From contig NC_068981.1 in NCBI RefSeq assembly GCF_001194135.2, positions 149,615,108 through 149,679,107 on the forward strand: a stretch of DNA of 64,000 nucleotides, written 5' to 3'. Source of the stretch: Octopus bimaculoides (Eukaryota). This document shows, piece by piece, positions 12,037 to 23,877 of the stretch. Each line of letters opens with the position of its first letter. Positions within the stretch are counted from its first letter, which is position 1. The position numbers were made by a program, and so were the translations under genes. The notes beneath the pieces are model-generated. The model did no database searches. It had not been told where the DNA came from and was given only the letters and a program-made list of their open reading frames with translations.

Positions 12037-13280
12037 AAAGTGAAAGATGCAGTGAACTTGCAGTGGTTTATCCAACGTTTCGGATTCAATCCTTCGTCAG
12101 AGGGTAGGGAAAAAGAGAAGTTGAAGAACGGCAAACAGAGTTTACATCATCTCAGCTTGAACTGATAATGGACGCAAAATAATAGGGGCTACTAACGTGA
12201 AAAAAAGTTATATGAAAGGGCGTGCAGAAAGGAGGAGGAAAAAGTAATGGAGAGAGTAGAGGTAAGTAAATATGGAAATGTTGCAGAGAGAGGGTGTAAG
12301 GAGGATTAAAAAGGGTAAAAAAGAATTAGGAGGAGGTGGAAGGATGAAAGGAAAAACGTTAATTCATACGTGTCGATGACATAGTGCCAATATTAAATAT
12401 GAAACGTTGCTCCTTTCGTTTCCTAGAGAATGGAGGTCCATGGAGCAAGGTCATGTCACACACTGAAAAATCTGCAGTAGAATGATTCACAGTGTTGAAG
12501 TGGGTGGCGATAGGTTGGTCTGGCATAAGTAGCATTATGCTTCTGACGTGTTCGTGAAAGCGATCCCCAAGGCGCCACCCTGTTTCTCCAATGTAAAGAG
12601 AACCACAGAATTTGCATGTTATGCAATATATGAGATTCGCTGAAGTGCAACAGAACTGGTGTGTTATGTGAAATTGCTTTTGGGGCCCGAAAGTGTCTTT
12701 TTGTTGATGTAGGGGCATGTGTTACATCGGCGGCGAGAACATTTAAAGGTTCCTGGATGTGCAGTGCTGAGAGCTGTGAAGCTTCTAACAAGGAGATTTC
12801 TAAGACTTTATCTTTTTCAAAAGACAAGAGAGGTGGCGTGGGAAAGGTAGGGGTGGTTGTTGGGCCAGAAAGAAGAATGCGAAAGTTGTGGGTGAGTCTG
12901 TATTTTAGAGGGAGGATGGACAGGTGGTAGGTGAGAGAGAGAGTGGAATATTGAAGGTGGAAGTGCGCGAAGACGGCTGAAGAGCTTCGGTGTGGTTGAT
13001 GACTCGGGCTTGGTGGAGTGCCGGGTCGACAACTGATGTAGGCTACCATCGATTTAGAAAAAAAAACTGTTGCATCGTTTTGCAATGGGATTCGAAATCC
13101 GAATAGATGCTGCAAAGTTGTCGAAGGCGAAGAAATTGAGAGAAAGGGATGGCAGATTTAATGTGTTTGTAGTGAAAGTAGAAGTGGGAGTCAGTAGGTT
13201 TATAGTAGACAGAGGTGGAGAGGTGAGTAGTGTGTATTTTGACGGAGATATTCAGGAAGCAAACAGTAGTATCAAATATG
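12037..13280 (-). mobile_element. Penelope-like element, 3' part (RT thumb, GIY-YIG endonuclease, pyrimidine-rich 3' UTR with hammerhead motif)
   Basis: ORF 12359-12718 reads CTSANLIYCITCKFCGSLYIGETGWRLGDRFHEH...HFN...RKRKEQRFIFNIGT, a PLE GIY-YIG domain. Upstream STSVYYKPTDSH-like thumb sequence is present. Confidence 0.9.
12069..12106 (-). ncRNA. Small type I hammerhead ribozyme motif in a PLE 3' UTR (stem I imperfect)
   Basis: Minus strand: TACCCT-CTGACGA-A-GGAT(TGA)ATCC-GAAAC-GTT^GGATA. Intact core, 4-bp stem II, palindromic ACGT stem III. Confidence 0.62.
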
Positions 13281-13510
13281 GTGTATATGTATAAGTATAC
13301 ATATATATTTATTTATATATACGTATATATATATATGTAAGTTTATGAATTTGTGTTGCAATATTCCTGATGTGAAACTGTGTATTGAAACAGATATTAT
13401 TGCATTTCGGGATGGTAATTTGTTTTTCCAAATAAACACATGCACTATATATTCCCATTATTTACATTATCTACATTTGACGGATATTCGTCCTCATCTT
13501 GTTTGTTGTT

Positions 13511-13556
13511 AACACAACGTTTCGGCTGATATACCCTCCAGCCTTCGTCAGGTGTC
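13511..13556 (-). ncRNA. Small type I hammerhead ribozyme motif (sense copy within the SINE)
   Basis: GACAC-CTGACGA-A-GGCTG(GAGGGTATAT)CAGCC-GAAAC-GTT^GTGTT. Stem I GACAC/GTGTT, 5-bp stem II, palindromic ACGT stem III. Confidence 0.78.
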
Positions 13557-13600
13557 TTGGGGAAATTTCGAACCTGGGTTCTCATTCCTATCGATGTTAC

Positions 13601-13632
<32 letters not shown>

Positions 13633-13650
13633 TATTATTATTATTATTAA

Positions 13651-13726
13651 TCAGGTCGCTGCCGTGAATCGAACTCGGAACCTTGGGGTTAGTAGCCCGC
13701 ACTCTTAACCACTACGCCATATGCCC
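13651..13726 (-). promoter_or_regulatory. tRNA-derived (tRNA-Arg-like) head with Pol III A and B boxes; not a functional tRNA
   Basis: GGGCATATGGCGTAGTGGTTAAGAGTGCGGGCTACTAACCCCAAGGTTCCGAGTTCGATTCACGGCAGCGACC: A box TGGCGTAGTGG, B box GAGTTCGATTC. No complementary acceptor stem. Confidence 0.8.
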
Positions 13727-13728
13727 AA

Positions 13729-13774
13729 GACACCTGACGAAGGCTGGAGGGTATATCAGCCGAAACGTTGTGTT
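13729..13774 (+). ncRNA. Small type I hammerhead ribozyme motif (inverted copy)
   Basis: Identical to 13511-13556 but on the + strand. Predicted cleavage between 13769 and 13770. Confidence 0.78.
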
Positions 13775-14039
13775 AACAACAAACAAGATGAGGACGAATA
13801 TCCGTCAAATGTAGATAATGTAAATAATGTAAATAATTCCTCATCTCTTAAATATAGAACTGCACTATATATTCGTTCTTCACTCGGTTATTATTGTTCT
13901 AATTCCACCTCATATCCATTGTCCAGAAGTCTTTCGTCGCTCATCTGTGATCTCTTCCGCAACACTTTCCGTCTTCGTGTGTGCTCTTGCTCCGCTAATT
14001 CCATCCTGTTCTTCTATCATGTGTATCCTTATATGCGCA

Positions 14040-14215
14040 TACGTTTGCGTCTTTATTCGTGTGTGTGTGTGTGTGTGTGTGTGTAAGCGCGCGTGTGTGT
14101 CTGCGTCATTGTTCTTAGTAAAACTATGACCTTCCTCTCAGCCCAGTCTCCTATCTCGTTGCCACTGCTACTGTCCTTAAACTCGAATTTTGGTACCGTT
14201 CCCGTATCTCTCTGT
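14040..14215. repeat. ~170-bp direct repeat, copy 1 (copy 2 at 15165-15330)
   Basis: TACGTTTGCGTCT.TATTCG(TG)n..AAGCGCGCGTGTGTGTCTGC.TCATTGTTCTTAGTA.AACTATGACCTTCCTCTCAGCCCAGTCTCCTATC is shared. Confidence 0.85.
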
Positions 14216-15164
14216 GCTTGTGTTCAACCACACTGTTGCCATTGTTGTAGTTATTGTTGCCGTTATTGGTCGAGTTGTTGATATTGATGCAGCCGTCTGT
14301 TAAGATACTGTATGTCTGTTTGTGTGTGTATGTGATTTCAATTCCTATACACTTTTTATCCGTGCCCTTTATACAATTATATTTTTATCTATCTCTATTC
14401 CTTATATTTATCACAGGTTTGTGCATATATGTCTGTTGTGTGTGTATTACACTGTATCTGTTTTCGTTTTCTTCCTTCACATCTTTAGTTGTCATGTTGT
14501 GTGGTGGTGGGTGTAATTTTCCATGCGTGTTTTCTGTTAAGTTTAGGTCTGTCTATTTCTATGTGTGTCACCTCTGTGATCTAAGTTTAGTGTCAATTCT
14601 ATGCGTTGCTAATACCTTAACTTCTGTAGTGGGACACGAACGGTCTATTTTGTCGTGCTTTGCCCATTTAATCCAACTGGAAGGATGCATACAGCAACTT
14701 CCGCCCATCAGTTTTGCGTGCCTGACATTGACAGCAAGGAAGCAACATCCCTTTCTACAATGTGGTACCTCTTTTATGTTCACCACCAACTTAATCAGTT
14801 GCGGATTTGACGGCCCTAGTGGCAACATCAATCTTTCTGCTATGAGACCATTACAGCATTCCCAACCATCGTCGCACCACGCATCTCACTTACATTAATT
14901 TTCATCCTGCATGATATGTCTCCACTGAAATACATAGTAAGTAACAGGAAATTCCTTCATGTCTCGCTAAACATTTCTCATTCTCCCATACCACTAAACA
15001 CATTGTTTAACTCTTACACGCCAACCTAAGTGGTATTCTTTTTACTTCAACATTTGTGGATTACACTAAAGAAATAGATTACTATATTGTATTAACATCA
15101 TGCTCCCTGATATATACTGTTACTCATACTTCATTACACGTTAAATTGGTGACTACCAATCCCC

Positions 15165-15330
15165 TACGTTTGCGTCTGTATTCGTGTGTGTGTGTTTAAG
15201 CGCGCGCGTGTGTGTCTGCATCATTGTTCTTAGTAGAACTATGACCTTCCTCTCAGCCCAGTCTCCTATCCCGTTGCTATTGCTACTGTCCTTAAACTCG
15301 AATGTTGGCACCGTTCCAGTATCTCTATGT
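15165..15330. repeat. ~170-bp direct repeat, copy 2
   Basis: About 85-90% identical to 14040-14215. Confidence 0.85.
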
Positions 15331-15624
15331 ATTTCTACACATTGTTCCATTACTAAATTGGTGACTTCCCGACTTTGGAATATTTCTATAGGAAATATTC
15401 CCCAAAGTAAAAATTAATACTCTCAACTCGAGCAATGTAAAACTTCATTTGCTGCATTCTACTTTGTGTGTACGTCTATCTGTTTTCCAAGATGGCTACC
15501 CATCTTGTCGACTCGTCTTTTCCATGCATAACCTCGTGGTGTTTTACGTATGCGCACCGGTGCCAAATGCGTATGCCTCACCTCTCTTCGGTTTAATTTT
15601 TCCCACCCGCTGCCATTTGTCGCA

Positions 15625-16222
15625 CCATTGAAGAAGATTTGTAACATGAGATGAGAAATGGATCCAATACAACAACTGAAAACGTTCAGCACAATGGTTG
15701 AACAAAGATGAATCACCAAAGCACAGTCTAGAAAGCAAAATTCATCAAAAGAATTTGATGGTGTGTGTTTGGTGGTCTGGCGCATGTGTGATCCATTATG
15801 ATTTCATTAAGCCTGGCTCATCAATCCCGGCCGAAGTATACTGCAGCCAACTGGACCAGATGATGCAGAAACTTACAAAAAAAAAAGCCTAGATTAGTCA
15901 ACAGACCCACTACTATTTTATTGAAGACAACGCCAGACTACACATCGCAAAAATGACATTGGTGAAACTACAGGAGCTGGAGTTGGAAGTTCTCCATCAT
16001 CCACCATACTCACCTGATCTTGCCTCCACTAACTACCACCTCTTCCAGAATTTGGATAACATTTTGATAGGAAAAAGATTCAATTACGACGATGCTGAGA
16101 AACAGGCCTTCCAAGATTATATTGACTCTAGATTGCCATGCTTTTACAGTTCCAGGCTGGACATGCTACCACTGAAATGGCAAAAATGTATTGACAATAT
16201 GAGTGCATACTTTGATGAATAA
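15625..16222 (+). mobile_element. Mariner transposase remnant (catalytic domain, frameshifted)
   Basis: LMVCVWWSGACVIHYDFIKPG, EDNARLHIAK, LHHPPYSPDLASTNYHLFQNL...LPLKWQKCIDNMSAYFDE*. Confidence 0.9.
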
Positions 16223-16967
16223 AACTATTCCTTGTATTTACAAAACATTAGTAAACTATTTTTATTTTCTACAAATTTCATACATTTCTTCCCTAGCAAT
16301 TCATATATTTCAATAAATCCCCCTATGCATATTCTGCTGAATCTGCGAACTCGTAGTTATTTAAGCATATCAACTGCACCGATCTCACCGCGCTCTTCAA
16401 AGAGAATTTGTGAACGTCATGAGCGCTGCTCTCTCGTTCAGTTCAAGCCATACGTCACCACCAGGTTCACTTGCAGCGTATTATTTCATTATTTTGTACT
16501 ATGTAAGTATTTCTATGATTTAGCTACAGAGTATCTAAGCGATTGTTATCTCCAGCAATTATCGTGAAAAATTTACCCCCTTTTATTTTCAAAAAGTAAA
16601 AGAATACTCATGCTCTATTATTTAATTATAACAGCGAAAAACTGAAAACTCTCTCTAACTGCGGCTTTAGAAAATCTTTACATCTTTGTAAATTGTATAA
16701 TCGTCTCTGTCAGTCGGTTTTATAAGGATATACGTAAATGTTGAATGAGGATGTTTTAAACGATGGCGGTGACGAAAGCGTTAGTATATTTACATTTATA
16801 CACACTATTTTATGACATATTTCAGCTGGTTTTTGATATCGTTTGAAAGTCAACTAATATCACAGGATTTAGTACAAGAAATGTTTATCTATGGGCGCCA
16901 TTTATACGGCAAGGAAAGTTGTGTTGTGAAAGTCATTTACTAGTTGAAAGTAGTTTAAGTATACCTA

Positions 16968-17026
<59 letters not shown>

Positions 17027-17043
17027 GTGTGTGTGTGGGGGGC

Positions 17044-17325
17044 GTTGTGAGTGTTTATTGAGCGAAAACACCTAAAGCTCCAGCAGTGGTTGGTGGTACT
17101 CTTTCACTACAACTTTCTCTTTCTTCCTGTTTCTGTTGTACCTGTATTTCAAATGCCCAGCCTTGTCACACTCTCTGTCACGCTGATATTCCCCGAGAAC
17201 TGCGTTAAAGGTACATATAACGGTGGCGTGCTCAGCCACTTGCACGTTAATTTCACGAGCAGGCTGTTCCGTTGATCGGAGCAACTGGAACCCTCGTCGT
17301 CGTAACCGACGGAGAGCTACGACGA
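17044..17325 (-). mobile_element. Fragment of a cephalopod SINE-like dispersed repeat
   Basis: The reverse complement contains CCGTCGGTTACGACGACGAGGGTTCCAGTTG..CCGATCAACGGAACAGCCTGCTCGTGAAATTAACGTGCAAGTGGCTGAGCAC, recalled as an abundant octopus repeat. No second copy in the window. Confidence 0.55.
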
Positions 17326-17407
17326 TATGTTTGTGTGTATACATGTATATATACATATACATATATATAGTGAATATATTAACTTAGGTACGTATACACA
17401 CATACAC

Positions 17408-17440
<33 letters not shown>

Positions 17441-18228
17441 TGTATGTATGTATGTATATATGTGATGCCAAACGTTTTGCTTTTTCATTTTTACTACTTC
17501 ATACATGCATATATATATGTATATATATATATATACGCGCATACTTGAATTATATTGGCGAAATGAGAGAGACGTTCTTAATTTAATTGAAAATTTACAA
17601 ACAACTTGCTCAAGTGATATTAATCGAAATGTTTCAAAGGTTATGCGGAGAACATGCGCGTCGCTTCGGGCCTTCTTCTCGATGGCCTCCCAGCGTACAG
17701 GGTTCTGTTGCTGATGTGAGCACCCCCTTTCACTTGATAGTTTGTTTAGAACCAGCCGCACCAGGTGCATTTATCAATTCAGTTTAGTTTGACTCCTGGG
17801 CGATTTAGTTCGTGTTTAAAGGTCAGATGACTATAACGTTCCAGCTTCTTTCCCGGTCGCCAGTAGGTTTCAGGTATCACCAAGAGAGAATGCAAGCCGT
17901 TTCAGTGCATTCCTTTCGATTGATTTACACTAAACTGGGTTACTTAGTTTACAAAACTGATTCTAGTTTCGCGATTCGATTTTAACTCTAACGGGTTCTT
18001 CGGCGGAGATTTGCTGCAGCTTGTTTTCATTGGTATAAGTTTGACCTCGTGCTTTGGTGCGATCATTTTTGCAGGTGAGTTGTTATTTTTCTACCTTTTT
18101 TTTATGGAGGGGATGTTATTCGTTGATAATGAACACATATTTTAATTTGCTTTATAATAAATATGAGCGCTCGACCTTTAACCCTTTTGCGGTCGATAAA
18201 TATTTTGTCACTCAAACAGAGAGGGCGA

Positions 18229-18443
18229 TTCTTCTTCTTCTTCTTCTTCTTCTTCTTCTTCTTCTTCTTCTTCTTCTTCTTCTTCTTCTTCTTCTTCTTC
18301 TTCTTCTTCTTCTTCTTCTTCTTCTTCTTCTTCTTCATCTTCTTCTTCTTCTTCTTCTTCTTCTTCTTCTTCTTCTTCTTCTTCTTCTTCTTCTTCTTCT
18401 TCTTCTTCTTCTTCTTCTTTTTCTTCTTCTTCTTCTTCTTCTT
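18229..18443. repeat. (CTT)n/(GAA)n triplet microsatellite, about 70 units with two interruptions
   Basis: Directly visible. Confidence 0.95.
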
Positions 18444-21400
18444 GATCGTTCTATCTCTAAGTAATACACTCTGTTCATACCTGGAGTCGTATGGTCTCAA
18501 CCAGATTTATAAAGCCAATACAAGCCGTAGATTATAACACTGTTCTCACAGCTCAGTAACAAATCTACTGCCCTATCGCAAACACATCAAAATATACATA
18601 CATGTGTTCATGTATATATACGCCACATCATGTATATATATGCCACATCAAAATATACATACATGTGTTCATGTATATATACGCTTAAGTTTAGAAACGA
18701 GAAATATAAGTCAATACATGGTGTGATTTATTGTTATTGAGAATCAGTCGATGATTCCTTCTGTAACTAATCGGAGTTTCAAACACAGCTGGTCTGAGAA
18801 TAGCCAGCAGACTGTTGAGGCTGTGCCCGCATAAGGTCGACCACCATTGTTAATGGTTGAGCACCTGTTCGGTGGTAGGTCAGAAACATTCTGACTAGAC
18901 TGCTTCTACGGAAACTTACTGGTACTTTGCAGACACAGCTTCAACTATTCATCAAAAAATTGCCAGCCTGATCATTGCCTAAAATACGGACATACAAAAA
19001 TAGCTAAAGAACAAATAATTTTTAATCAACTGATATTTTACTCGTATGTTAGGGTTTATATCTTTTAGATTACTATTACTGTTGTCGTGGTTGCTTCATT
19101 TACTCTATAGAACATTACCACAATTGGCTCTTTCAATATATCGATTGAAAAATCTGATAAAGAATTAATACAAATAGAAACTAAAATATGCAAAGTCTTC
19201 AATGAAGCTAACAGAGCATTGAAAAACAAAAAGAAAACCAAGTGGAATCCGTGATATCAAAAGATTCTGGCAATAGAAAATTCACCGAATAATGGAGACA
19301 TTAGACGAATTACCGAATAAAGTAAAACAAACATAATACAAACTGGGATTATATTTACATTCCATAGAGATTTGGTATTAATTGTAGACAGTAGACTACC
19401 GATATAGTTATTTATAGAATTTGAGTTTAATACATAACTTTCATGCGTTCTAAAGCATACAGAATTTTGACTTTACTTCTAGGACCGCTGTGAAGTGGAT
19501 ATAAGTACTATGTAACTATTAAACCAGCAGTAGGTAGTGGTTAATTTGTTTCGAAACTGCACCAGTCTAGTACACACCCTGCAATCTGAATGATATTTAA
19601 AATGATATTTACATGCCGCACTATTAAGCAAATAACCAATTTTCCGTAAAGGTTGTGCTTCACCATACGCAAAACATACTTCCAACCAACTGGATTAGAA
19701 GAGAGGATGTTGACACTATGGTTAATGAACACTGTGACATCTCTACGACCCATAGCAAATTTTTTCATTTCATTTTGAATATGTAGTTATCTGGTGGGTA
19801 CTACTAAAAGGTAACTAGTCATTCCATGAGTGACAAAGTTGTTACATTTGTGTATATCCAACTCCTACAGTTATATATCCTGACTGATGCTACAAGTTTG
19901 CTTAATTCCAAAGTATATGTATACGTCAGTATAGTTATGCCTTCTTATGAAAGTTTTCCCATTCATTCGGATACCTTAAAGAATTCCGAGTTTTTAGTTT
20001 TGTTACGGCATTCCTTGTTCATTAATGATTTTATTTGATGTCTTTGCTTAATCATTTCAGTAGTTTAGGGTATCCTGGAGTTGGTCCCAACCTTTCTCGG
20101 AAAGATAGTTATGCGGAGCACCTCAGAAGCTTGTCTTCATGGCAGGACTAAGATACAACATCAATACACATAGGTCGTGAATGAAGCCTGAAGACAACGC
20201 AACAAATCAACAATTTCCCTGAATCTATCACGATTGAGTTACATTACTGTTTTCCACACTTTGATCAAAATACTAGTCATATAAAAAACGTGAATTTATG
20301 CAAAGTGATCCTTTTTGTTTTTGCGTACCATAAGTAGATTTGCGTTGTTGCTTTCTTAGGATCAGGTTTTAGTTGTTGGAATTGTTATTAAACTTCCCGG
20401 GAGAATGTTCCTGTCGCGATGACCGTTGCTATACTATTCTCTGCACAATCCCAAGAAACAAAGTGACGTGATAGGCTCTCCCGTGAGCTGAAAACTTAAC
20501 AAGCAACATGGATAATTGCGCCTTTAGCTGATATTTCTGATATCTGGTAATCACCTAACATCGTCTACTTTAGATATAAAATCGTGGGTTACCAAACTTA
20601 TTTTATAATATGAAATAATCCCTTTAAAGTGTATAGTATCACGAACTTTAGAACATAAGTCTGTTATGGTAACTGTGATACTACAAAAATGTGCTAGTGA
20701 TGTAGTTAATATTTTCGGGGCTGATTTTCCTTTCTAGACCACTCGAGTACCCGAAATGCTTGTATGGGTACGGATATAGCAAATGCATTGTAAAGTATTT
20801 TCTTGTAAGAGTATTGCTTTCGTTACCAAATCATTTTTGGTCTATTATAGTTATATTTGTTTATTTCATATTTGTTTACAGAAACTTTGTAATACATATT
20901 TTCATCATTACCGAGGTGTTTCTATCGCTAGGAGTGTTATAAAGAAAGTAGATATGATGTGAAAAATCCTAATTTCTTCTTTCACTAAACTCATGTCAAC
21001 AATAAATACTTCGTGTATTGCTCTATATATTGTCCCCAAAGAAATTGTGAGTAATATATCTCTTGTGGTTATAGACCCTAGACTCATACCAAGTCTGATA
21101 GAATGACATTTAGTAGAATTTTTTAATGGGAGTGTTTCAACAATATTCTTTGTAATAATATGAACGCATGTATTCAAAAACCTGAGGGATTGTTTATGTT
21201 AATTCTAAGGCAGTGTCTTACGGGTGACACTATATAATGTTTGAGTAACAACATGAAATAAACAAGACGTGTGTGCACGCGTGCGTGTCACTGTATGCAT
21301 ATCGTAATGTAAAATTTGCAAGTTAACGCTTCATATCACAGAGAATTCTATGTTTTGGGGGGGAGTGGTTAGATATGTACATTACATTGAAAACTCCAAA

Positions 21401-22722
21401 AACTGACAGCTCATTATACAATGAAATTCGTTGTAGATTGGGCTGTCCACGACACTGAACACATACACAAATGCACGCTAACATACACGCGCGTGTGCAC
21501 ACACACACAGCACACTCACACACACAAAACACACATACACACACACACCAGCACACATACACACACACAAGCACACATACACACACAAACGCAAACGCAC
21601 GAGTAGAAATGCACAAATATATACATATATAGATACACACACACACATAGTCATATATATCCACGCACACATTTAATATTTATTCATAAGTATATTAATA
21701 TATATATATGTATGTTTATAGAAACACATACACACACGTACACACACACATATGTGCATATATTTATGCAGATGCATGTGTGTACATATATAAATATACA
21801 TACGGAGGAGGAGATTGTAAAAAGATAGGCTTATTTGAGTGCATATGAGAATTACGCAATAAATATTTAAAATTATATATATGTTTAGGTTTAATTATAG
21901 TTTATATTTATCAATGTATGCACTAACAAGATAGAAATAAACGCCCTATCTTTTGTTGTTTGATGAATATGACAACGTCAACACATCGTAAACATCTTGA
22001 TTATAACTTTTAGAAAATATAATATACAGACAAATTAGATCCTGTTATTGATAAAATACTTTTTAAATTCATATATTCAATTTTGTTTTAATATCAATGA
22101 ATTTACTTCTTAATCGGAAAACAGACTAGGAATAGAACAAAAGAAAGGATATCGATTAATTTTTTTTCCCAGCTTCCCAACCCAAATATTTCTAATTTTA
22201 GCAACAAGAGCTTGTATATTCAGCGGCAAGTGGCGTTTCATCCTATATCTTTAAATCTTGCAGAAACTTAGGTTAATATTTGTCTAAGATCTTCCTTCTC
22301 AACAAGTGTTGCGATCATTTAGAAAGTGAAAACTGACAAGAAGTTTTCTTATAGAACACAAAATACCCACGCCGTTTGTTTCATGTTATACATGTTTGTT
22401 AAGTGATGATTATTTCATTGACCGGTAGCCAACCACGACATAGTCAATATCGATGACTGAATCGAAGAGTAACTCCTGTTTGCTTATCGACAGCAAATAA
22501 TTTAACGCAAAAATAGTCACACGCAACCACAAAACATACACTTTTTCAGATATGTACGCATTTATACACTTATATGAGCTATATGATAAGGTTGTATACA
22601 TATATTTGTCTATGTGTAAATGTATTCAATTATCTCTAAATCATGGCAACCGATGTTTATTCTATTACCAGTGCAGAATGTCTGTGGGAGTGTATATATA
22701 TATATATATACACACACACATG

Positions 22723-22756
<34 letters not shown>

Positions 22757-23237
22757 CACACACACATATATATAAGCATATATATATATGTATATATGTG
22801 TGTATATATATGTAAATGAATATACATACATATATGCGCGTGCGTATGTGTGTGTGTATGAATACTTTTATAAAGATTTCGAAAAGTTTGAAATGATGGT
22901 AACCAGCAATATTTGCTTCGATACTTTTAAAAGCGTTAGACAAATTACTCTGATCCATGAACAAATTCGAACGACGTCGCCGTACACTGAGTAAGTTGAG
23001 TGTAAATAAGAAGCTCAAGATATTTATCGATAGAAGAAGCTTCTTGATGTAGCACGGTAGAAGAGATAATGAATGTCAAGTCATGTTCAGTATCCTTGGC
23101 TTTTCATAGCTATTGCAGTATCTTTCAAAGTTTCATTCGTATCTCGAGTCAAATGACAGCCAACATGCTTTGCGTTATTAAATAATGGCGTTCATTATGC
23201 TTACGCATGCATATTCAAAGAGTTTCGAAGGGAGTGG

Positions 23238-23238
23238 A

Positions 23239-23286
<48 letters not shown>

Positions 23287-23330
23287 CGAGAGGGAGAGGA
23301 AAAGGAAAAGTAAAAGAGTGAGAATGAGAA

Positions 23331-23397
<67 letters not shown>

Positions 23398-23402
23398 GAG
23401 AA
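23238..23402. repeat. (GA)n polypurine microsatellite, two blocks
   Basis: Directly visible. Confidence 0.9.
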
Positions 23403-23877
23403 AGACATAGACGAACAGAGGCAACGAGAAAGAGATTGATATAATGATAAATACTTATTTATGTTTTTGTTTTATGTTGGTTTGCGTTTATGTCGGCTAT
23501 TCTTTTGATATAAGATATCAGTTTTTGTGATTTGTATCTGATGGTAGTGACAGAGCGCTAGACTATTGGTTGTTGGGGAAATAATTTATATGCTGTAAAC
23601 CGCAATGCTGATTATCTCTGGAAAATCATTTATCAATAACTAATTCCACCTGGATTTATGACGCATTGTAGTTTATGTATAAGCAGCACTGACGCTTATA
23701 AGTGACGGGCGGCTGTTACCTTACGGATGGAATGCAACAACTCTCTATATTATATCACACCATGAACGATGATATGACACTATTTTCAAACTCGCTTCTT
23801 TAGCTCTTTATTTTCTTTCTGTCATTGTGGCTAAGGCTATGCTAGACCACCATAGGCATATCAATTGAATAATGCGT

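Larger units (their letters stand above)
13455..13860 (-). mobile_element. Composite SINE-like element: tRNA-derived head, (AAT)n, hammerhead-bearing tail, with a 5'-inverted tail copy and target-site duplication
   Basis: Flanked by the direct repeat TGCACTATATATTC (13441-13454 and 13861-13874). Perfect 106-bp inverted repeat at 13456-13561 and 13724-13829. tRNA-like head at 13651-13726 (-). (TAT)n at ~13600-13649. Confidence 0.85.

Noticed and set aside
13651-13726. Functional tRNA gene
   Set aside because: No acceptor-stem pairing, imperfect anticodon stem, and it is embedded in a TSD-flanked element; treated as a SINE head.
17536-18050. Possible mariner-derived non-autonomous element (EMFQRLCGEHA; GACCTCGTG end)
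   Set aside because: Only a faint resemblance to the HTH region and one TIR; cannot be supported by eye.
18054-18537. Poly-Leu, poly-Lys and poly-Phe ORFs
   Set aside because: Translations of the (CTT)n tract.
18583-18684. 41-bp direct repeat with a 20-bp partial unit between, superficially repeat-spacer-repeat
   Set aside because: The 'spacer' is itself a deleted copy of the unit; a local slippage duplication, not CRISPR-like.
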